Shown here piece by piece: positions 50,445 through 62,500 of a stretch of DNA of 64,000 bases. A program made the position numbers and the translations under genes. Position 1 is the first letter of the stretch. Every line of letters starts with the position of its first letter. The stretch spans positions 1-64,000 of the forward strand of contig QPGO01000140.1 in NCBI GenBank assembly GCA_008632985.1, in the 5' to 3' direction. Under the pieces are notes generated by a model, which saw nothing but the letters and a program-made list of their open reading frames with translations, was not told the origin of the DNA and searched no databases. Source of the DNA: Psammoneis japonica. Taxonomy: Eukaryota.

Positions 50445-51450
50445 TTATGTCACCAACGACACCACTCCCACTGTAACCAGTGCCGCAGCTACCGCTAGCA
50501 TAATGACTTGCGTCATGTCTCCACTATTACCCAAGTTTGCAATATCTGATGCGGACACGGCGCGATTGTACCAGCCCACAACAGCGACCCGCTCCGAGTT
50601 TGTATCCAGAACCTCGTGTGGGACCAGATCTGACTTGAACAAAACCAGCGTCCCGCCAGTGGGGGCAACATCAATAAAGTCCGGTTTTTCCCCTTCAGGT
50701 AAAAAGTCTCCGCCACTATCAAAATGCATTCGCAACTCCCCAGCGTCTTGCTTGCTCCAATCCTTATTGAGATAGAGCAAGAGAGAAAACTCCTCAACAC
50801 AGACGCAGACCCAGGAATAGCATCACGATGGCGACGGTAAAGCCTCCACTTGGGTAATATGCGTACAGCATTTCTGATAAGGATGCATCCAAGGCAGGTA
50901 CACTCTGGGTAACCGTACCTTCTTTTTGAAGGATTCGATTCTGAGACAAGTCGTCACGAACTTGATCCAGTACCTTATAAAGCTGCGTCCGTGCTTCGCT
51001 TGGTACATCTTTTAATTTAGTTGGCCCAATAAAGCACGTTTCCGCTACTCGAATGTCTTGGTTCAGAGCGTTTGTGGAGTCTTGTCCAATCTTTGCAATC
51101 TTGAATTTGCTCTCCGATCGAAGGTTTTGAACATCACTTCTCAAAGCTTCTTGAAGATCCGAAGGAAGAAAGCTTTCCATAACAACATAGCCCTTGGAAG
51201 CCAACTGTTCTAGATCCGATGAAGAAATGCGAGGGATGATTCTGCTGTCAAATGACACGGCTGACAATTGAAGAGAAGTTTCAACGGACGCACGACAACA
51301 GGCCTTGAACGCCTTCTTTTGGTTGACCAGTCTTGGCAATCTGTTCGGATCTGTAAATAAAGGAGGGGATACAAACCCGAAGCATACCAGAGGAAGCTGA
51401 GAAAGTGCAAGCAAAATCCATACCCCAATCTTCAAGATCCCAGCACTCAT
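50445..51450 (-). CDS. 2OG-Fe(II) oxygenase (prolyl-hydroxylase/EGLN-like), probably organelle-targeted
   Basis: Signal-like N-terminus. After restoring two single-T deletions (about 50841 and 50788): YAYYPSGGFYRRHRD...SLLLYLNKDW...GELR...P.GGTLVLFKS...HEV...R.AVVGW, then a C-terminal TM helix. Confidence 0.85.
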
Positions 51451-51834
51451 TTTCTACTTTTTTCTTTGAAATCCACGCAAAATGTAGAAGCTAGAGGGTA
51501 TATGTTTTGATGAAGAATCACGAGGCACCGATACCCGATACCAACGCTCGAGATGGCAAAGATACTGTTTGTGAATAAGCAAAACAGGAAGGTCTTTTAT
51601 GAGCACAGAGAACCAGAGACAACAGTCCAAAGCTCGTTGGAAGATCGCAGATCGCAATCACAGCACACACTGAGAACACCAAACACCAAATTCAAAAACA
51701 TCAACACAATCGCACATCAGTGGTCAGAAGGACGGACGATGATCTTCAGTCGACCGATTCAACGCCGGATGACGAACGTACGGGCATCGATTTTCTGGGT
51801 TCGGGTTGTCATTGGATGTGATCACATCAACACC

Positions 51835-52466
51835 ATGATTATCTACAAGTGCCGCTTTACCGGAGATGAAATGCTCTCCGATGCCTTCAAGCCTCATCCT
51901 ACTGTAGACGAAGAAGGTAACGAGGTTCCTGGATTGTTTGAGATTGATTCCACAAAGGTGAACAAGGTACAGTATGCTTTGTGTTTGGTCCTCTCTCTTT
52001 TGTTTCCTTTTGCGCAAGTCAAAGCTCACAAACTCAAGAAAACGAAAATCAGGATTCTGGTGGCTCCGTTGATATTGGCTGTGGAAACGAATTTGGTGGA
52101 GGAGACGCTGATCACGATGACGGGGCCGAGTTCGTAAACAATGTAGTGGATGAAACGATTGGATTCGATTTGCACGAGATCCCCCTTAGAAAAAAGGATC
52201 TCAAAGAGTACTTGGGAGCATACTGCAAGGCACTTCGATTGAAACTGAAGGAGGACGAAAATGTTCCGGGACCACAAGTCAAGGCCTTTACACAAGCCGC
52301 TCCAGTCTTTTGCAAGTATTTGCTCAGCATGTACTCGGAGCTTGAATTTTATACATCTGCCTCAATGGACCCCGACGGATCCATGGCCTTTGGGCTGTAT
52401 AAAGGAGCGAGTACCAATCCCACTTTTATTTACATCAAGGCCGGGCTTCTCGAAGAGAAGTGCTAG
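51835..52466 (+). CDS. TCTP: Translationally controlled tumour protein, 2 exons
   Basis: MIIYKCRFTGDEMLSDAFK...VDIG...EFYTSASMDPDGSMAF...FIYIKAGLLEEKC; intron 51967-52052. Confidence 0.93.
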
Positions 52467-52953
52467 GATTTACCCTTTGATTTCTCAGATTCTTATTCGA
52501 TACTGCAACACGATTTCTTTCGCATGACTTGCTGTGGTTTAAGCTTTCGGTTTTGTAAATTATGTGACTCGCGACTGTGAAAGACTCTCGCATGAATTCT
52601 ATTTCGGGTGTTTGCCAATTCCAAACCTATCTTATCTTATGTATGCAGAGCTAATGTTTAGAATATAGTTCTTTGCTTCGCTGGGAGAAAGCTAGAAGTT
52701 GTGCGTTGAACATAGAGAAGACTGCTTCATCGTTGAAAGGAACAATACCAGCTCATTCACAAGAAGCACCCTAAACAATACCGATGTTCAAGAGTATATC
52801 TTGAACGTCTTCAGAATCGACAGTCAAAAGGAAATACAGTAGAGTCTAAATCTCGCCCGCACCTCATACCTTACGCATAACACCAGCTTTTCACAAGGTC
52901 GGAGCAAAGTTATTATTGTTTCAGCATAACCATGACATCACGACGACACACAC

Positions 52954-53532
52954 TTATGCACAATCTTCTTCCTCCAACATCATGTTGGGTATCCCATTGG
53001 TTACAGGAAACTCTTGTCCGGTTTCGGGACATGTCAAAACACCTTGAATCAAATGAACATTCATCAGTACATGATAGAGAGCTCGAAGAAACTCATTGTC
53101 GTTTGCCATTTCCTCCGAAAGTGTGGGTGGCAAAGTGCTCAAACCCATTTCAGATGCGCCCTGTGAGTAAAAAATCAAGCAGTTCAGCAATTGTAAGAAC
53201 TTTGAAACAGAGTCAACAATGAGATCAAGAATGAAAAAGACATGTCGGAGCAGTAAGATCAAAGCGAAACACGGCGAACTTCATGACGAGAAGCGCACAC
53301 AATTTACACACTCCTAATTCTGTCTGTATTGCGGTCTACATACCTGAACAAGCGCTGGCCAATTAAGCATTCCCAACACGCCCTTTACAAACTCGGTTTG
53401 CTGCTCGACATCTTCACCGACATCATTGCTATCGTCGACGCGAATTTCGGTTGCGGTAATTTTGAGAGGGAAACCTTTTCCATTTGCATCTGCTGCATTA
53501 TTCATCAAGGCATTGTGCGTCAAAAGTCTCAT
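52954..53532 (-). CDS. TRM112: TRM112 methyltransferase activator subunit, 2 exons
   Basis: MRLLTHNAL...FPLKI...WPAL / HVLMNVHLIQGVLTCPETGQEFPVTNGIPNMML; intron 53161-53343. Confidence 0.93.
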
Positions 53533-53879
53533 TCTGAATTGCAATACAACCTGTGTTGTGGTTGTTTCCTTGTAACACTCTTGAGTTGCGATAGTCATCG
53601 TTCGTTGGCGGGAAAAGCATGGAATCACGGAACAGGTTATGAGGTCGGAGGGAGAAATGAACAAATACAGTAGTATCCATCCTTGAGGGTTTTCAAAAAA
53701 ATTTACGCAACCCACGCAACACATTGCATCGCTCACTCACACATTCGATGCCCATTGGCAAGTGCTTGTTCTCTTGATTCGTTTCTCCATTCTCCAGTTC
53801 CGGCTTTTATCACGCGTGTTTTGTTGCTGGCCACTGGGATCATGCTGGAGGCAGACATGTTTATGTCCCTGGCTGGAGG

Positions 53880-55270
53880 CAACACTGGCTGGCTGAACAA
53901 CAACTGCCCAAGACTGCCAGACAGAGTTGGAGTTTTTGGTCTCTTTGCCTTGGTCCAGAGAGGAAAATTCCAATGATCAACCCCACTCTCAAGGATGGCA
54001 ACAAGGTGACATTTGGGGGTGAGGAAGCCACTGTTGTGCATGTTGTTGGCGGGCATGCATGGGGTCACGTTTGTGCGCCACTTTTCTGGGCAGGCGTGAT
54101 GGCATTCGTGTTGGCAAGAGATTCCTTGCTTGTGTGCGATGGAGTGTCTCGGGCGCCTGTTTGAGGGCACTGCCACTCAGTTTTGGAAAAGTCTGTGGGG
54201 TCTGTGTGGCCTTCTGGGCAACACATCAGCACGCTGGCAGGAATTTTGATCTGGCTTTGTGAGTTGAAAAGGCTCTGAGGAGAGCTGCTGACAGTCCCAA
54301 GCTTGATGATGATGGGGAGAATGAGAAGAAGACCAATCAGTTTCTGCAGATTCAGGTGCAGGTGCACTTGCCAAGGTGTGCAAAGCAAAAGACAGGTTTT
54401 AAAAGCTCTGCTGCAGGGAGCTTTTTTGTGACACTCCTTTTTGCAACAAAGTGAGCAGCTGCACTTTGAGCAACATGTTGTGGCTCCCCCCTTGTTCTTG
54501 CCAAGGAAAAAGCAAAAACACTGTGCTGCCAGAGAGACTGCGGAGCTTGGCTGTCATCATGCCCCACTCCATGTTGAGTGTGCACTGGCAAAAGTGGCTG
54601 CACTTTGCTTGTTGCTGTGCAGAGTGCCCCATCGTCTGTGAACAAGTTTCCAAAAGTGCCAGCACCCTTGTGCCAAGGACACTGGCTCCCAAGATGTTGG
54701 TGAAAAAATGCACAAATTCAGATTTGGCAGCAGTGCAGCTGGTTGTTGCTCAGCTGGATCTGTTTGAGTTCACGCAATGCACTGGACTTGTCTGGGATGG
54801 TTCCAGCAAAGTTGTTTTCACATCCAGTGAAAGCATCTCCAAAAAGAGCAAATGAAAATTGTCATCAGGAATGGCTGAGTTTGTGCAGTTGTTCCAGGAC
54901 AATTCAAGGTGCTTGAGCTGCAACACGCTCAATGCCAGATGCAGCAAGAAGGACAAATGTGCAGGGAAACACAAGCAGGAAGAAATGAGCAAGATGAGCA
55001 TGCATCCTTGAGAGATGAAAGATCAAGGCACAGCAGGCTTGCCACATCATTCGCACGCCCAACAAACGGCATTCTTCAAGGTCTGGAAGAGGGCCAATGA
55101 ATGACACAGTGTTGCGGGACAACAAAGTCAAAGAAATCCCAGGAAGTGTGCATTCTTTGGTGGGAAAAGCCAGCCCCAGAATGTTGGTTCACGTGCTGCT
55201 TTTGTTGGGGGGGCTTGTCAAGAGGATCATGCCACAACATGAGAACTTTCAAGCCTTTGTCAAATGAAAG
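53880..55270 (-). pseudogene. Decayed leucine-rich-repeat (LxxLxLxxNxLxGxIP-type) gene fragments
   Basis: Across frames: LKVLMLWH, SFIGPLPDL, LKHLELSWNN..SAIPDD, LEMLSLD(fs)ENNFAGTIPDKSSALRELKQIQLSNNQL, TLSGSLGQLLF; several frameshifts. Confidence 0.55.
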
Positions 55271-55939
55271 TGGAGGCCTCTGCTGCTTCGTGCAGTGTCT
55301 GAGGACTCTCATGAATGCAAAAAGCTTGATTGCAAGCTTTGTCTGAGAACATCATTGTGTGATGGTCGCATTGGTGGTGCGCCATTGACAGCTGTCATGG
55401 TTGCTGGTGGCGGGACTTTTTCTCTTTTTTCTAGATTCAAAGAGAGATGGCATCAGAGCCATTTGCCTGATCCAAAATTCTGGAGTGACCAACTGAAAAC
55501 ATGGACACTGGAGAAGAAACCAGAAATCAATGGTGGCTTGTTTGTGCTTCCAGCAGGGTCCTTGCTGTTTCACCTCACACATGAGACAGAAAACAAAACA
55601 GGACAAAAGAAAATGAGTCAAGATGATGGAGAAAGAATTTCGAAATTCCGGAGCTTGTCGGCGGCAGCTTTTTTCCGTTTTGCATGGCTGCCGCAAGGCG
55701 TGCACAGGAATTGGCAACAACTTTGAAACTGCCAAGTTCCAACGAACTTTCTACATGCAGCGACGTGGTGTTAATTCTGCTGAGATGCACAAACAGTGAC
55801 AGTGATTGAGAAATTTTGCAACGGTCACAACACAGCAAAATCTCTGCAGCACCAGCTCCGCTGCACTCTGCTGCAGACAGAGAGAGACCACACACGAAAT
55901 CTTGCGCTCGATTCTTCCAGATTTTTGATCACAACTGGT

Positions 55940-56229
55940 CGTCTTGCACGATGTGTTGTTGTTTGCCAAGCCAGAAGCCGCAATCTCCAAGGATGGCTTG
56001 CCCTTCCTCTGGATTGAGAGCTCGCTCTTGTTTGGCATTCCACAACTCATTTTGCTTGATGGTGTGTTGTCTCTCTTTTTTGACTCATCGTCTTGCATGA
56101 TGTGCTTGTTGTTTGCCAAGCCTGAGAGTGCCGGAGTCGCCAAGGATGGATCGCCCCTTCTCTGGATGACAGAGACCTTGCTCTCACTTGGCATTCCACA
56201 ACTCATTTTGCTTGATGGCGTGTTGTCTC
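55940..56229 (+). repeat. Diverged two-copy tandem repeat, about 150-bp period
   Basis: cgtcttgca(c/t)gatgtg..ttgttgtttgccaagcc...caaggatgg...ttggcattccacaactcattttgcttgatgg(t/c)gtgttgtctc at 55940-56073 and 56089-56229. Confidence 0.85.
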
Positions 56230-56859
56230 AAATGGTGGAGCAGGTGTTGCCAGTTGAGTCCGGAGGTCGGGGCAAATCGAACGCATCTCTCCGGCCTTGA
56301 GTCCATGTCACTCTCGTGCCTTTGAGTGCAGGAAGTTGCCCGCTCACTTGGTCAGTCAAGACCATGGCTGTTGAAAGAGACAGCAAGTGTTCGTCTGCAA
56401 AGCAGCAAGAGCTCGCCGAGCAGATCACGCCGTTGATGGAACGCTGAATCGGGGTTTCGCCATGCCGGCAACACGGCAACACGGCAAGCCTTCACTCGCA
56501 GGGAGTGTTGATTTAGAATGTGGTCGACTTGCAAAATTTCTTGTTGTCTCCACATTGCGTCCCCCCTTTTTTCTTTTTTGCAGTGATGTTTCACTCTGAA
56601 GATGCGAAAAAGCTTGAGCGCCATCTTTTGATGGCACTCTTGAGGCAACATTGCCCTGCGCGACCGATTTGTCTTTGTTGGCATGTTTTTCATCCCGCAC
56701 ACACATCAATGACTGCGATGGCGGTTGCAGCATGTTCTCGGTCCTCGTGCTCCATTGTCACGTCAAACGCGAGGATTGTGCATGAGATTTTTGTCACGCA
56801 TCGCACTTTTGCATCTTGTTGGACAAGGTGTCACAAAAACACTTTGTTTCGACAGAGTC

Positions 56860-58574
56860 TGTCAGAAGAATTTGTCCAAGGAATGGACAGGTGCATTGTC
56901 CTCAATTGGACAGAGTGGTTGACCGTTCATGGCACAACAACAACACAACCTGGAAGTTGCTCGCATGCACCCAAAGACCCTGTTTGGACTCGTGTGGTTT
57001 GTCCACCGACCCAATGGACCGGTCAATTGCCTTGCCTCACAAATGCTTGAGCTCCGTTTGAGTGTCTTCCGACATGTCAGGAGAAAAGGTGCTGTCGTCT
57101 TCCCAAAGTTCCTTGATGCATCATCCAACGAGTCCCAGACACCCGCTGACAAACCCGTGGCGCAGGCGGCTCTGGCGGTGGCATTTTCGAGACCAATTGG
57201 GCGAAGGACACTGGGTCCCAAGATGTTGGCCAAGAATTGCACAAATTCAGATTTGGCGGACATGCTGCCATCCACACGAAGTTCTGAAACAGGAGCTCCC
57301 GAGTCAGCAGAGACAGGACCAATCTTTCACTCCAATCATGCGTCCTTCAGCTGGCATGCCATCATCCAAATGTGCCTGAATCGGACAACTGTGTGTGAAC
57401 ATGCCCACTTGCAGAGCTTGCATCATTGAACACACAGGAATGAGAACAGCAAAATCGAGTGTTTCGATTGCTTTGCGACCACAACAATGAGCCACGACAG
57501 CGCCCAGCATTGGATCTTTACATTGGGGATTGGATTTGCCCAACAAAGCCATGTCTGATGATGAATCATTCAGCAGGTCAAGCACATGTGAGAAAAGGTT
57601 CAACTTCTTTGCAGCTTCAGAGGTGAATGACGCCAAGGGTGAGCACAATGTGCGATTTGCCGTCACAATGATGTGGCTCCCATTGCAAAGCAGTTTGTTC
57701 GTTGGATTGCCTTTCATTTCTTCAGGCATCTCTGCTGTCATCAATTCATCAATGATCAAATCGAAGAGCAAAAAATCCAGAACCATGCACTCAAGGATGG
57801 AGGGGTTGTGCACTTCACGCAGAAAGGCTTGTCTGGCAAAATCAAAAAGCTGTGGCTCTTCAATGTTGGCTAAAAACTCACATGTCCCACTGCCGATGGC
57901 CACTCTGCGCCAATTCCCATGAGAGCCATAGACCGGATCATCAATCGTGCTGTTGACAAACTGAAACGGAGTCTTCCAGACGAAGGCGAGAACAACAAGA
58001 GCACGGCAGGCTCTGACTTTCGCGGCGTTTCACCACACCTGCAATTCAGCCAAATTGTCAATTGATTTCTCTCTTCTGCAGCTCGAAATGGCTCTCGCAG
58101 GCTGTGGCCATGGCATGGCACTGCAGTGTCGATTTTTGGTGAAGGGAGCACCTCGTGCCGTGTGACGCAGCCACGTTGAATGACGTTCACGTTGGAAAAC
58201 TGACCAGGAAGAGCGATGCCCACTGAATTCACGAAGCACCGGCAAACAAGAAGCCAGTCAGACGTTTCGCTTCCTCTCATGCCTGCGCCAACAGTGGCAG
58301 CATCCCCCCTTGGGACGCAGCTGGAAGGGCACTCTTCTCCTGACGATGCAAGGAGAGGTTCTTGCGTGGCTTCCTTGATGCAAATCTCTGCAGTGTTGCA
58401 ATGAACAGGCCAGGGAAACAGCAGAGGCACTGCTTGGTCCAACTGTAAGGTGTTGTTGGTGATTGTTTCAATCAACTCGGCATCATCGCATTTAGCGTTG
58501 TGGTGACTGCGTTTACAGTTTACAGTGATGTCGCCTTGACGTCTGGCGCGATCTATTATTTCCAAAAAGCTCAA
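56860..58574 (-). pseudogene. Decayed unidentified coding sequence
   Basis: ORFs 57870-58574, 57304-57903 and 56862-57275 read as protein-like (EEPQLFDFARQAFLREV...) but contain no Tyr and change frame. Confidence 0.35.
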
Positions 58575-58861
58575 GTTGTGGTTGTACTGTACATTGCTGA
58601 AGTGAGTCGTAGGTTTCTACAGTAAGTACCGAACGGATGAAACCGCGAGCTAGCCGCACTCGCAAGACTCAGAGCATTGAATTATGTAAATGCTTGAAAT
58701 ATATTATAAGTTCCCTCCAACAGTGAGTATCAACATTTGAGAGCGATGCCAAAGTGTACGACGCCCTACGACCAACGAAAAACGTGGCGTCAAAGTCTCG
58801 CATTACGACGCATTACAAAACTTTGCAGCCACAGCAATTGACAACTCTAAGAGCAGTAATA

Positions 58862-60593
58862 ATGCCGAGAAACTGTGAAACAAGTGCATGTCTTATACGG
58901 CTTTTGGTCTGGCACTTGAGTGTCTTTGCTGGAGTTCTTTCAATAACCGCGGGAGTGTCGGCGGCAGCAGCAGACACGACGTGTCCGTCGGGAGTCGTCG
59001 GGACGTGTCGCGGTGGGAGTGCGACGGATGGCACGTCACGTGATGCAGTCCTGGACGACATTGCAGAATCCATGGCGGAAACCAACAGTGAAAGTTTGCA
59101 GAGTGACGCGTTGGGATTCCATTGCAATGTAGACAAAGCGGCCAAAGACTTTTCTGTCGGCGACGACGACAACAGTGGTATTCTCGCCTTTCAGTTTCTC
59201 CGTGGCCTTGCGACATCCCAACGATTTGCCGAAGAGTATTGGCACAAGCGTCCACTTCTCATTCGAGCCAAAGATACAGGTGGATGGGTTGCTGGAGCTT
59301 TTACAGTGGATCGGGACTTGCGTTTGGTTGGTGACTCGTACATTACTGGGCACAGAACCGATGATGGGTTTAGACTGGGAGAAAAAACAAATAAGACTTG
59401 GGCTTTTCGACAGCTCAAGGATGATCCAACCCGTAAGACAACGTGGGAGGAAGTAGAAGAAGCTCTCAAGGGTGGGACGATTTACTTTAACACGGCAGGA
59501 AGTTTGTGGCCGAGATTAGGTGGTCTCTGCAGACTCACGAACGCAGCGTTTGGTATTCCTTCAAATGTCAACGTTTATGTCACTCCGCCAGGTACCGACG
59601 TTTCTGTCCCCCCTCATACCGACAGACAAGACGTGCTGGTAAGATTCTCCTGTGGCGTAATGCGTCGATAGTTTGTGATGCTATTCACGTTAATTGTGTC
59701 ATGATTCAATCTCGTGCTTGATTCGCATACACTGGCAGGTATTCCAAACCGCTGGTGCTAAGCGTTGGCGCGTGTTTGCTCCTCCCGCTCGTCGAAAAGG
59801 TCCTGATCCTCTGAATAGAGGCAAGGCTGGTGATGTCTTGTCTTTTGAAGAACTGGGGGAGCCTTTGATTGACACTGTGGTTCAAAACGGTGACGTCTTG
59901 TATGTTCCCACGGGCTTTCCCCACACGACAGACACGTGCACAGTCGTGGACATTGCCGAAAGCGATGCGGACGAGGTGGAGGATGTGTTTCATGAGACAT
60001 CTTGTCACATGACAATGGGCTTGGATACCCATGTCTGGGCCTTGACCTATGCTCACATTAGATGGGCTGTCTTGCAACGTTGTGGAAAAGACTTTAATCT
60101 TCAAATTACAGATGATGAAGCATATTGGGATGCGATGGATACGATACCAATTGGATTCCTGGGTCTCAATATTGGTTGGAGACAATGTCTGGAGAGTATC
60201 CGTGATAGTAATAGCTTGCATGAGGAGTTTCGAAAAAGCGTGATTGATGATACCAAACGCATAATGATTAGACTCGAGCCTAGTCGTTGGCGTGTTCCAT
60301 GGACCGACACTTTTGAGGATAAAGCACGAGAAGATCTTCCAACAGATGAAGATTTTGGTCAAGTTGTGGATTTCATGATTAGGGATCATTTGCTGCCACT
60401 CATGAAAGCTCAAGAGGAAATGTTCAGTGACAACGATCCGCATAGCGAAGAATCTCTCATCAAATCCTTTCATTGTATTCAGAAGCAGAACAAAATTATG
60501 GAGAAGTTCGGAGAGTTCTGTAAGAATGAGGCAATGAGACAAATGTTTCAACAGAAACGAATGGAGGGCGAAGAGAAGGCGAAGTATTTGTAG
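58862..60593 (+). CDS. JmjC-domain (Cupin_4, NO66/MINA/ROX-like) hydroxylase, 2 exons
   Basis: FAEEYWHKRPLLIR, NVYVTPPG, PHTDRQDVLVFQTAGAKRWRVF and GDVLYVPTGFPH; intron 59639-59738; N-terminal signal-like segment. Confidence 0.88.
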
Positions 60594-60919
60594 TACTCCT
60601 ACTTGAATAGCAATGGCTGGTGGTGGTGCATATCAATCCTGAAACTACGCTGGAAAGCTGGTTTGTTTTCTTCGAGGTAATGAGACGTTGATATTACAAT
60701 ACTAGATGACAGTGCGGATTAGATTGAAATTGCGAAGTTAATGATTGCGGATCGATTCACGGGCCCAATGAGGCTATGTGTCCAGTTGTGTTTTAACACC
60801 ATAATAAGATACCGACCTGGCTTAGCCGTGTGGTGCAATCTTCTACATTGCGGTGCTGTATCTTTACGAAATCTCAGGAGCAACAGCATGCTTTCTCGGA
60901 AGCTAGTGACACCATGACA

Positions 60920-62184
60920 TCAATCACCGTCGTCCTTAACATTCACCCGCTCCAGCAAAACGTAGCTCTTGGGACCAAGGAACATCTTGTCAAGATTGCC
61001 TGCATCCGTACTCTGCGCAACCCAACCGTAGCGGTCCGCCGTTGCTTGTAAAGCTGGCCACATGCGATTGCTAGAGTCCGTGCAGATCATGATTGATGAC
61101 TGCTTGGCAGATTGTAGGATCGAGAGCACTGCTCCTCCAATCTCTTTACCCGACTCGGAAAGCAGGGACGAGGCATTCTCATGCAAGACGAACTGAAACA
61201 CAATGATATCAGCATTTTGAATCGCGTCGCCGAGTTCTCCTTCCAATCTTTCGGTCGATCGAATATCACCATAATGCATTGTCATTGTCGAAGCATTGTA
61301 GCGGGGCCCTAGTCCATACAGCATAGCGTCCTGCATTTCCATCATGATTGGCTCCCACTCGCGATTGTACAAGTCAAACACTTGAGTTTGAATTAGTTGG
61401 GGCCACTCTTCCTCTTGACAGTTTTTCATCCTGAAGAGATACTCGACAACTATACAGAGAGCAATATGATCGTATCCTGGCCCCCCACCCATGCTGCATA
61501 CATGAACAGTTCCTCCTCTTCTCATAGCCTCGTTGTTGAGATGCTTTGGTTGGAAAAGGAGAGTTCTAATCTTGTTGCATATCGTATTTTCTTGCAGAAC
61601 CAAATCGTACAAGTACCGACATCTAGGAATAAGCTTGTTGTCAGCGTAGATTCTATTTTCATGCATTCCGGAAAAGTCCGCGGGTCGTCCCATTTTGACA
61701 GCCTGACATAAGGACACCTGCCAATGTTGATCATGTAGTGCTTTCCTCACTTTGCTGCTGCCATTGCTGCTGCTGCTACTGCTGCTTGAAGAAGCAACTA
61801 CATCGTTGGCATTGAAACGATCTCGTATTCTTACAATTACATCATTGAAGAACTCCCGATGCGAGCGTTGAAAATCCTTCTGGAGCTGCTGCGCTTTGCT
61901 TTCGTCCTGTAGGTTCCTGCATGCGTCTGAAACAAGCAAGACCGGGTCCATCGTGCAATTGGGCTCCGCGTTATTTTCTTGGATCCGCGCTTGCATCTTG
62001 CACAAGTAATGGAGTTTTTCCTTTGGCTTTTTCTGCATCGTGTATGTCTCTCGCTTTTTGCGGAGTCTGCCTTGTACTTTCTAAAAGCCTCAATGCCTTT
62101 GGCATTTCGATTTGTCAGCTTGCAACCCGATCGCTCATGCCCACTCTCACCGCATTGAAAACAAAGTCTGTCAGCGGCAGACAT
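60920..62184 (-). CDS. Hypothetical SAM-methyltransferase-like protein with N-terminal CCHC zinc knuckle (frame break near 62040)
   Basis: CFQCGESGHERSGC in ORF 61837-62184; VCSMGGGPGYD, VFD, GDIR and DIIVFQFVLHE in ORF 60920-62038. Confidence 0.6.
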
Positions 62185-62500
62185 CTTTTCTTACGAGTTA
62201 ATGGGGCTTTGTACAGAGTGACGCTGTCGCGCTGTGTTGTCGGTGCACCAAGTACCTGCCCTTCTCTAGTTTATTGATTTATCATTATTTATTCTTTGAT
62301 GCACTGTTTGTCAGATTAGCGTCTCTGTAAATAACTGGCGATACTAACGACTTCAGCCTTCCCATCACCGTGCTTCGGACATTTTTGATCGGCTGAAGGA
62401 CATGTCTGAAGGCACTGAGTTATATGGGTAACTGGAAAAGCAGGATCTTATAACTGGATATATCTATAAGAGACAGTCGGAGTAGCCAATGCTCGTACTT

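Larger units (their letters stand above)
53710..58445. other. TpA-depleted hypermutated domain 4 (CpG largely retained in right half)
   Basis: Few TA (53808, 53862, 54400, 55432, 55752, 55772, 56514, 57519, 57871), mostly next to T- or A-tracts. CG remains frequent at about 55640-58300. Confidence 0.9.

Noticed and set aside
59706..60551. 281-aa antisense ORF, and similar antisense ORFs over SMC6, SRP54 and INTS1
   Set aside because: Shadow frames of well-supported genes on the opposite strand.
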